From NCBI GenBank assembly GCA_050179685.1, contig JBFXEW010000005.1, forward strand, positions 13,911 through 77,910: a stretch of 64,000 bases of DNA, read 5' to 3'. How positions within the stretch are numbered: position 1 is the first letter of the stretch; the number at the start of each line of letters is the position of its first letter. The position numbers and the translations under genes were made by a program. Shown piece by piece: positions 40,481 to 47,287 of the stretch. This stretch comes from Salinivirgaceae bacterium. Lineage in GTDB: Bacteria; Bacteroidota; Bacteroidia; Bacteroidales; SZUA-534. The notes beneath the pieces were generated by a model that was not told the DNA's origin, made no database searches, and saw only the letters and a list, made by a program, of their open reading frames with translations.

Positions 40481-40596
40481 ATAGACATTAGACTAAAGAC
40501 TAGAGACTAGAGACTAGAAACCAGAAACCAACTGCGTACTCATTATTCACTTTTCACTATTCACTATTCACTATTCACTGTTAATTGTTCATTGCT

Positions 40597-40854
40597 TTTA
40601 GGCTGAGGATTTCGAACTGCTGCCTGTGGACTGTGGACATGAAATACAAACCCGGAGGGTTGAACAATAATAGCCGTAGGTAAAACCTACGGATTGATAA
40701 CCCACCAAGCCCGAACCCTGCAAGGGTTCAATAAATGCAAGATGTTTTGGAATCTTCGTAGCATTTTCTGTGGACTGCCGACTATTGGCTACCGGCTGCT
40801 GGCGGTGCATGACAGACAGGTATTCCATGGCAAATTATTGCTTGCACCGCTTTT
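40597..40854. ncRNA. repeat core copy 3 (truncated/diverged after 40854)
   Basis: Matches copies 1 and 2 up to CTTGCACCGCTTTT, then is replaced by other hairpins (CCCCGGG-TTCACA-CCCGGGG 40873-40892; AAACCC..GGGTTT 40904-40920). Confidence 0.3.
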
Positions 40855-40993
40855 AACCGGATAAAATACATTCCCCGGGTTCACACCCGGGGCTATTATA
40901 ATGAAACCCCTTCAGGGTTTTCGCCTTATTGTCGTAAGATGATTTGATTGAAGATTAATGATTTTCAATTATAATCCGTGAGAACTTCGTCGT

Positions 40994-41048
40994 TTTTGAT
41001 ATTCGATATTTGGTATTTGATTTTTGTTCATTGATAATTGCTAATTGC
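40994..41048 (-). repeat. heptad arrays (modules A and D read on the minus strand) just downstream of the OmpA-operon terminator
   Basis: + strand GATATTC GATATTT GGTATTT GATTTTT, then GTTCATT GATAATT GCTAATT. This is the reverse complement of the A-D arrangement at 63631-63715. Confidence 0.8.
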
Positions 41049-41078
41049 CTGATGCTGGCAGAAGACTCGAATCCTTAC

Positions 41079-41107
41079 AAAAAAAGGGAGCACCTTGCGG
41101 CGCTCCC
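41079..41107 (-). terminator. rho-independent terminator of the 41902->41134 operon
   Basis: On the minus strand GGGAGCGCC-GCAA-GGTGCTCCC is followed by TTTTTTT, 27 nt after the stop at 41134. Confidence 0.75.
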
Positions 41108-41133
41108 CCAAAATGGAATTCCCTACTGCTTTG

Positions 41134-41376
41134 TCATTCCAATTTTTCCTTCAATTCTTTTTCCAGTTTATTAACTTGTTGCTGCAACGAACTAAGCTGG
41201 TTTTTCAGTTTATCGTTTTCGTCCTGAATTTCGTTTAACTTTTGAGTGTAGATGGCCTTGTAATAAAAATAAGCAGTCAGGTAACCAATAAGTGCAGCTA
41301 CCAACAGTAGTATCACCATCTCGATAATAGACCCGGTGCGGGTTTGTGCCAAAATTATAGTCAATGTATTCATCAT
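41134..41376 (-). CDS. small single-pass membrane protein with C-terminal coiled coil
   Basis: 80 aa with TM segment IIEMVILLLVAALIGYLTAYFYY, then the heptad-like NEIQDENDKLKNQLSSLQQQVNKLEKELKEKLE. It starts 5 nt after the OmpA-like gene ends. Confidence 0.5.
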   Translation of the reverse strand: MMNTLTIILAQTRTGSIIEMVILLLVAALIGYLTAYFYYKAIYTQKLNEIQDENDKLKNQLSSLQQQVNKLEKELKEKLE

Positions 41377-41380
41377 GTCT

Positions 41381-41902
41381 TTATTTTAAGGTTATTTCTG
41401 CTCTTCTATTGTCAGCCCGCCCTTTTTGGGTGGCATTATCAGCTATGGGTTCAGTCTCTCCTTTCGACGAAATCTTGATACGTTCGGGAGCCAGTCCCTG
41501 GCCTTCGAACCAGTCTTGTACCGCCTGTGCCCTTTCCAGTCCCAGCTTTTGATTGTAAGCCTGGGTTCCAACGGCATCGGTGTGACCTACAATATCGAGG
41601 TAGCGTGTCGCTTCCTCATCCAGGTAGGGCTTTACTTTGTTCAGGTAAAGTTCCAACGCTGCTTTCGATTTGAGTACCGCTTTATCAAAATCGAAATGTG
41701 TTAGCTCTGTCCGGGTAATCTCATCGGTTAATGGTAGCTTTTCAGGTACTTGTACCACCAGGGTGTCTTTTACAAGCGGTTCGGCTTGAATGGCAGTGGC
41801 TTCAGGAATATCAATTCCTGTCTTTATTTTATTTACATACCACCAGGTGGCCAGCCATGCCCAAAGACAAAACACCAGAAATCCGGTAATTAAAATTCTC
41901 AT
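41381..41902 (-). CDS. OmpA/MotB-family peptidoglycan-binding protein with N-terminal TM anchor
   Basis: 173 aa. The segment VGHTDAVGTQAYNQKLGLERAQAV...NRRAEITLK is the OmpA_C-like signature. Confidence 0.8.
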   Translation of the reverse strand: MRILITGFLVFCLWAWLATWWYVNKIKTGIDIPEATAIQAEPLVKDTLVVQVPEKLPLTDEITRTELTHFDFDKAVLKSKAALELYLNKVKPYLDEEATRYLDIVGHTDAVGTQAYNQKLGLERAQAVQDWFEGQGLAPERIKISSKGETEPIADNATQKGRADNRRAEITLK

Positions 41903-42116
41903 AAGGCAGATAAATTAAATGAATAGTAAAAATCGCCCTAGCAATTTAACAAATTATTGGCAGAATACCAGCTAAATTTTTAATTTTTAATGCCTTGCCA
42001 AAGCAAAATCATTACTATTACCGACTGGCAAGTAATAAGTATGGGCCCGGGAATGAACAAGCAAGGCAGAAAATTGTACCTTTAGCACAGCATACCACAA
42101 ATAAAAATAGTTACTT

Positions 42117-42698
42117 ATGGAACCAACAAAACGCTGTGCCTGGGCCGAAAAACAGCTGGATGCCTACAAAGTTTATCACGATACCGAATGGGGCGTACCG
42201 GTGTACGACGATAAAAAACTTTTCGAATTCCTGATTCTGGAAGGTGCACAGGCTGGCTTATCCTGGCTTACCATCTTAAAACGGCGCGATGGCTACCGCA
42301 AGGCCTTTGCCGGTTTCGATGTGGAAAAGGTAGCCCGTTTCGATGCCAAGAAAGTGGAAGAGCTGATGCTGGATGCAGGCATCATACGCAATCGCCTGAA
42401 GATTGAGGCCGCTATATCGAATGCCAAAATCTTTTTAGCCATTCAAAAAGAATTCGGATCCTTTAGTAAGTACATGTGGAACTTTGTAAATGGCAAGCCC
42501 ATTCAAAATAAGTTCCAACACATTAGTGAATTACCGGCCACCACCCCGCTGTCGGATGCCATTTCGAAGGATTTAAAAAAGCGGGGTATGAAATTCGTGG
42601 GCTCCACCATAATTTACGCTCACATGCAGGCCACAGGCATGGTAAACGATCACACCACCGATTGCTTCAGGCACAAACAATTGGCAATTAACAATTAA
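42117..42698 (+). CDS. tag: DNA-3-methyladenine glycosylase I
   Basis: 193 aa with YHDTEWGVPVYDDKKLFEFLILEGAQAGLSW and C-terminal zinc-ligand residues (H..DC). Confidence 0.9.
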   Translation: MEPTKRCAWAEKQLDAYKVYHDTEWGVPVYDDKKLFEFLILEGAQAGLSWLTILKRRDGYRKAFAGFDVEKVARFDAKKVEELMLDAGIIRNRLKIEAAISNAKIFLAIQKEFGSFSKYMWNFVNGKPIQNKFQHISELPATTPLSDAISKDLKKRGMKFVGSTIIYAHMQATGMVNDHTTDCFRHKQLAINN

Positions 42699-43292
42699 CA
42701 ATGAGCAATGAGCAATGAGCAATTAACAATAAACAATGAGGTACCAGGTGACAGTCTTCAGCTTGCAGTTTACAGCCAAGGAACAATTAATAATGAGCAA
42801 TGGGCAATTAGCAATAGAACACTGAATAGTGAATAGTGAATAGTGAATAGTGAATAATGAATAAAAAAACAATGGATTAGTCGGCAGACTTCAGTTCGCA
42901 ACCTCAGATTAGCAGTAAACCCCGGAGGGGTCAGAGGTCGGTAGAATAATAGCTTTCTTCGATAATAGCGGTGCAAGCAGAAAGATTGCCATTCAAATCA
43001 AAAATACCATGCACCGCAACCAGTAAACAGCAAACAGTGGCCGTTTACAGCCAAAGAACAATTATCAATTAACAATTAACAATTATCAATTAACAATAAA
43101 CAATGAGGTACCAGGCGACAGTCTTCAGTTTGCAGTTTACAGCCAAGGAACAATTAATAATGAGCAATGGGCAATTAGCAATAGAACACTGAATAGTGAA
43201 TAGTGAAAAATAAGTAATAAATTAAGTCATGTGTCTTAAGTCTTGTGTCTTAAGTCTTAAGTCTAATGTCTAAAATCTAGCATCTAGAATCC
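42678..43292 (+). repeat. composite repeat region: heptad modules A, B, C, a 121-bp direct duplication (period 367) and a partial repeat core
   Basis: 42720-42840 matches 43087-43207 with 2 mismatches. The core fragment ~42867-43020 shares AACCCCGGAGGGGT, GGTCGGTAGAAT and the GCGGTGCA...TGCACCGC stem with the reverse complement of the 39.6-40.9 kb cores. The C-module TAAGTCT array ends 24 nt before blc. Confidence 0.9.
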
Positions 43293-43316
43293 AACAACAA
43301 TAAAACAACAGCAACT

Positions 43317-43841
43317 ATGCAACGTACATACCTAATTATCCCTCTATTCCTACTAACATTATTCAGTTGTAAAACCAATAGTCCGATGATAAATAATCAA
43401 ACCATTAAAGAACTTGATGTGGAACGGTACATGGGTACCTGGTACGAGCTGGCACGCTTTAATCACCGCTTCGAAAAAGGCCTTGTAGGTGTAACCGCAA
43501 CCTATTCGCTGCGCGATAACGGAAAAATTAACGTGGTGAATGCCGGTTATAAAAACATCCTTAACGGTAAATACAGTAAAGCCAAAGCAAAAGCCAGGAT
43601 TCCCAATCCAGCTGAACCGGGAAAACTGAAAGTCTATTTTGTTCCTTTCTTTGGAGCCGATTATTACATACTCGACATCGACCCCGATTACCAATGGGTA
43701 TTGGTGGGCAGCTCGTCGCCCAACTACCTGTGGATAATGAGCCGAACCCCAAAGCTACCCGACGAAACCCTTCAAATGATAGTCAAAAGGGCTAAAGCAA
43801 GGGGTTACGATACCGATGCCCTAATTTGGGTAACCCATTAA
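43317..43841 (+). CDS. blc: bacterial lipocalin (Blc-like outer-membrane lipoprotein)
   Basis: 174 aa with lipobox LTLFSC and the lipocalin signature YMGTWYELARF. Confidence 0.85.
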   Translation: MQRTYLIIPLFLLTLFSCKTNSPMINNQTIKELDVERYMGTWYELARFNHRFEKGLVGVTATYSLRDNGKINVVNAGYKNILNGKYSKAKAKARIPNPAEPGKLKVYFVPFFGADYYILDIDPDYQWVLVGSSSPNYLWIMSRTPKLPDETLQMIVKRAKARGYDTDALIWVTH

Positions 43842-43983
43842 AATACTTATCGGAATTTACCAGCGTTTACCGGCAAATTGTAAGGGTTTACCTATTTTTT
43901 ATGGTAAAGTTGTAAGGATAAAGCAACTTTTGTAGCAGAAACTCGTCTTTCTGCTGTTGTTAATCCTTAAAACCCTTTTTACC

Positions 43984-45147
43984 ATGTTTGACAGCCCTTA
44001 TAACCTGGAAACAAAAACCGGAAATCCGGTTCAGTTTTACGACGACCTGAGTTCCTTTACCGATTTGGTGCTACAAAAAGGCAGGCAGCCCATGCAAAAC
44101 TTTCTGAACGACTTTTCATTGTTCACAAAAGAGAGAAAGCTACGTAGCTACCAGCCCGAGGAACATCTGATGGAAATACTGATGAGCGGCATCTTTTGGA
44201 AGAACTATCAAAGTTTCCTGTCAATCGACGCCTTGTTTTACGAACCCCTGTTCAATCGCTTGTATCATTGGCGCAAGAAATATCCCCGGTTCAAAGTCCG
44301 TATCGATAGTTTTCGTGGTAAACTGGCTTATCGTTACCTGAGTCAGAAGCGCAACAGCCAAATTCCGCTTTACCGGCGCTTTGAATACCTGAACAGTTGG
44401 TTAAACTGCTCCAAAGAGTTTATTCAGGAAACCGAGAGGCTCAATCAGTGGGAACGCTTTCTTGAAGCACAACCTTTAAGTTATCAAAAGGACTTTTGGC
44501 AGACAACTGAAGCATTTGCCGACTGGTTTATCCTGCAGGCTGCCATTCACCTGTCGGAATACACCAAAGGCTGGGACGATTTTATGATGGACCATTACGC
44601 TGAATACCAAAAACGCGAGGATTTTATTTTCTGTACGCGCAAGCCCTCGGAATATCACCTGAATATGGTGGCAGCCGAAGTAATGAACCGTGCTTTACGA
44701 AAAGGTTTTGAAAACTCATCCGACAAAATACTCTTGCTGCCTACCTGCATGGCCAAGTCAAACAACTGCAAAGCCAAAATGGAAGAGGGCAATCTGGTTT
44801 GTCAACAGTGTATGGCTGAATGTACTGTAGCAAAACTAAGCCACGAAATGAACAAACAAGGGGTTCGTACTGTTCTTATACCGCATTCAACAGGTTTCTC
44901 AAAATACTTAAAACCCTGGGAGAATTCGAGCAACACGGGACTGATTGGTGTGGCTTGTGTTTTGAATCTGCTAACAGGAGGTTATGAGATGCAAAAATTG
45001 AATATTCCCTCACAATGTGTATTTTTGGACTCGTGTGGATGCAAAAAACACTGGTTAAGCGGCCAACCAACCCGGCTTAACCTCCAACAATTAAATAAGA
45101 TAATTATACATGAAGAATCAAAACAACCAGTTAATAGCACTTGTTGA
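43984..45147 (+). CDS. Cys-rich protein with C-terminal DUF116-like domain, function unknown
   Basis: ATG at 43984. The C-terminal ~150 aa (LLLPTCMAKSNNC...CQQCMAEC...LIGVACVLNL...LDSCGC) resembles DUF116 as I remember it. The N-terminal ~230 aa is unrecognised. Confidence 0.45.
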   Translation: MFDSPYNLETKTGNPVQFYDDLSSFTDLVLQKGRQPMQNFLNDFSLFTKERKLRSYQPEEHLMEILMSGIFWKNYQSFLSIDALFYEPLFNRLYHWRKKYPRFKVRIDSFRGKLAYRYLSQKRNSQIPLYRRFEYLNSWLNCSKEFIQETERLNQWERFLEAQPLSYQKDFWQTTEAFADWFILQAAIHLSEYTKGWDDFMMDHYAEYQKREDFIFCTRKPSEYHLNMVAAEVMNRALRKGFENSSDKILLLPTCMAKSNNCKAKMEEGNLVCQQCMAECTVAKLSHEMNKQGVRTVLIPHSTGFSKYLKPWENSSNTGLIGVACVLNLLTGGYEMQKLNIPSQCVFLDSCGCKKHWLSGQPTRLNLQQLNKIIIHEESKQPVNSTC

Positions 45148-45637
45148 TGCAGACGATAAAGTAATTGGGTACGACGAAAAAATGAAAGTGCACGAAGAAG
45201 GAACCCTTCATCGTGCATTTTCTGTTTTTGTTTTCAATAAAAAAGGGGAATTGCTGCTACAACAACGGGCACACGAAAAATACCACTCGCCGGGACTCTG
45301 GACCAACACCTGTTGCAGCCATTTGCTGCCCGACATGAGCATGGAAGAATGCGTACACGACCGTTTGCAATTCGAAATGGGTTTCGATTGCCCGGTGAAT
45401 TTCCGTTTTTCGTTTACCTATCACATTCCCTTCGACAATGGTTTAATTGAACACGAAACCGATCATGTGTACTTTGCCACCTGGGAAGGTCAACCCCGGG
45501 TAAATCCCGATGAAGTTGCCGGCCACAAATGGATTTCGATTCCGCAACTTAAAAGCGATATGGCAGCGCATCCCGAAAACTATACTTACTGGTTTAAGTA
45601 CATCATGAAACACCATGAAAAGGAGCTTTTTTCTTAG
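45110..45637 (+). CDS. idi: isopentenyl-diphosphate delta-isomerase, type 1 (Nudix)
   Basis: 175 aa with HRAFSVFVFN...LLLQQRA..K..SPGLWTNTCCSH and ...EHE... catalytic blocks. Confidence 0.85.
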   Translation: MKNQNNQLIALVDADDKVIGYDEKMKVHEEGTLHRAFSVFVFNKKGELLLQQRAHEKYHSPGLWTNTCCSHLLPDMSMEECVHDRLQFEMGFDCPVNFRFSFTYHIPFDNGLIEHETDHVYFATWEGQPRVNPDEVAGHKWISIPQLKSDMAAHPENYTYWFKYIMKHHEKELFS

Positions 45638-45767
45638 TTGTGTTAATAAACATGAGCCTTTCAAAAACGTTCCTTAAAGCGAATCGTTAATTTTCAGCAG
45701 GCAATAATTGTCGATATTGTCCCAAAATTGGTTCAATTTCGTTTAATTTGCACCAAAATTCATAAAA

Positions 45768-46187
45768 GTGGATAAAGCAGTACTATTACAAAATATAAAC
45801 AATCATGTGAAAAACACCATGATTGATTTTCTGGGTATTGAATTTACCGATGCCGGCGACGATTTTTTGGTTGCCACCATGCCCATTGCACAACATACCT
45901 ACAATCCGGCCCGCATATTACACGGTGGCGCATTGATGGCCCTGGCCGAAACGGTAGGCAGTGCCCTTTCGTACCTGCATATCGATCGCGATTTGCAGGA
46001 TGTACGCGGACTCGAGATAAACGGGAATCATGTTAAGAGTGCATCCGAAGGTAAAGCCGTAGCCTGCGCAAAACTTATTCACAAAGGACGCAATACCCAT
46101 GTGAGTGAAATAAAAATATCAGATCAGGAGGGCAAACTGCTTAACATTAGCCGTATGACCAACATGATAGTAACAAAAAACGCATAA
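45768..46187 (+). CDS. hotdog-fold (PaaI-type) thioesterase, 1,4-dihydroxy-2-naphthoyl-CoA hydrolase by context
   Basis: 139 aa with LHGGALMALAETVGS. First gene of the men cluster. Confidence 0.65.
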   Translation: MDKAVLLQNINNHVKNTMIDFLGIEFTDAGDDFLVATMPIAQHTYNPARILHGGALMALAETVGSALSYLHIDRDLQDVRGLEINGNHVKSASEGKAVACAKLIHKGRNTHVSEIKISDQEGKLLNISRMTNMIVTKNA

Positions 46188-46193
46188 ACAGGC

Positions 46194-47285
46194 ATGGGTG
46201 AGATTTTTGATCAGGTAAAAAAAGCGCTGGAATACGGAATTCCCTTTGCCGTATGGGTAAAACCCGGTGAGCAAAAGGTAAACCATCTGTTTTGTCGCCC
46301 CGATGCGGTGATTAAAACCTATACCTTAAGTCAGCTCGATAAACATAAGGGTTTTGTGTTCGCCCCTTTCCAGGTTTGCAAGCACCTGCCCATTTATATT
46401 TTACCTTTCGATGCACAAATCGGTATGGCCGATTTTAAAGGAAGCAAACCCCGTAAACGTTTTGATGCCCCCGGCGATACCGAAACTTTTGTAGTTGAAA
46501 AATCACGAAAAGAACACATCCGGCAGGTTGAAGTTTTTTTAAAAACTTTTAAAGAAACCGGCATGCAAAAAGCCGTGTTGTCGCGAAATAAATGGTTGCC
46601 TGATTATTCTATTGAGCACCTTCCTGAATTGTATAGCGAATTACACCAGAACTATCCGAATGCTTTTGTGTATCAGATTTACCTGCCCCAGGTGGGTTAT
46701 TGGATTGGTGCTACCCCCGAATTACTCTTTTCGACACAAAATGGAAGTGCCACTACCGTTTCTCTGGCCGGAACCCAGCCTTTAAGAAATACGAATGAAG
46801 TTGTCTGGGATCAAAAAGAAGCCCGGGAACAGGAACTGGTAACCGAGCATATTCGTAGCGTATTAAGTTCGTTCCAGATAAACGATTTTAGCGAACAGGG
46901 ACCCGAAACCGCTGTAGCCGGTAACATGGTCCATCTGAAAACTGTACTTGAATTCAGTAAAGAAAATATTAAAAACCGTATCGGAACATTTATCGAAAAA
47001 TTACATCCAACACCGGCTGTTTGCGGACTCCCGGTGAAAGAATCGATGGAATTGATTCTGGAAACCGAAGGTTACGACCGCGAATACTATACCGGGTTTC
47101 TGGGTCCCTTCGACCCCACCCAAACCATCGATTTGTTTGTGAACCTAAGATGCCTGCAAGCATTCGACAATGGAGTGGTTTTGTATGCAGGGGGCGGCAT
47201 TACTCCCGAATCGGATCCGGAAAAAGAATGGGAAGAAACCCGTATCAAAATACAAACCTTAGAACGCATATTGGAAAAAATATAA
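46194..47285 (+). CDS. menF: isochorismate synthase
   Basis: 363 aa with chorismate-binding blocks LHPTPAVCGLP, EYYTGFLGP and AGGGITPESDPEKEWEET. Confidence 0.8.
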   Translation: MGEIFDQVKKALEYGIPFAVWVKPGEQKVNHLFCRPDAVIKTYTLSQLDKHKGFVFAPFQVCKHLPIYILPFDAQIGMADFKGSKPRKRFDAPGDTETFVVEKSRKEHIRQVEVFLKTFKETGMQKAVLSRNKWLPDYSIEHLPELYSELHQNYPNAFVYQIYLPQVGYWIGATPELLFSTQNGSATTVSLAGTQPLRNTNEVVWDQKEAREQELVTEHIRSVLSSFQINDFSEQGPETAVAGNMVHLKTVLEFSKENIKNRIGTFIEKLHPTPAVCGLPVKESMELILETEGYDREYYTGFLGPFDPTQTIDLFVNLRCLQAFDNGVVLYAGGGITPESDPEKEWEETRIKIQTLERILEKI

Positions 47286-47287
47286 GC

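Larger units (their letters stand above)
39379..40854. repeat. tandem repeat, three units of ~500 bp (heptad arrays + ~380-nt hairpin-rich core)
   Basis: GGCTGAGGA recurs at 39602, 40101 and 40601. Heptad blocks lie at ~39379-39598, 39983-40094 and 40481-40596. Cores are near-identical. Confidence 0.95.

Noticed and set aside
39599-40828. Six 76-77 aa ORFs (three per strand) covering the tandem-repeat cores
   Set aside because: They occur on both strands of the same sequence and read through several perfect inverted repeats. They have no recognisable protein features. One loses its ATG (ATG to GTG) in copy 2, and the + strand version is truncated by the copy-3 divergence. With only ~3 substitutions between copies, a coding test is impossible here, so they are treated as non-coding.
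37503-43292. CRISPR array
   Set aside because: The repeats are contiguous degenerate 7-mers or ~500-bp units. There are no 25-40 nt repeats alternating with unique spacers, and no cas genes are in the window.
47021-47287. N-terminal 89 codons of the ORF-track MenD entry
   Set aside because: This part overlaps the 3' end of menF in another frame and translates to Arg/Pro-rich low-complexity sequence. ATG 47288, 2 nt after the menF stop, gives the canonical MenD N-terminus.
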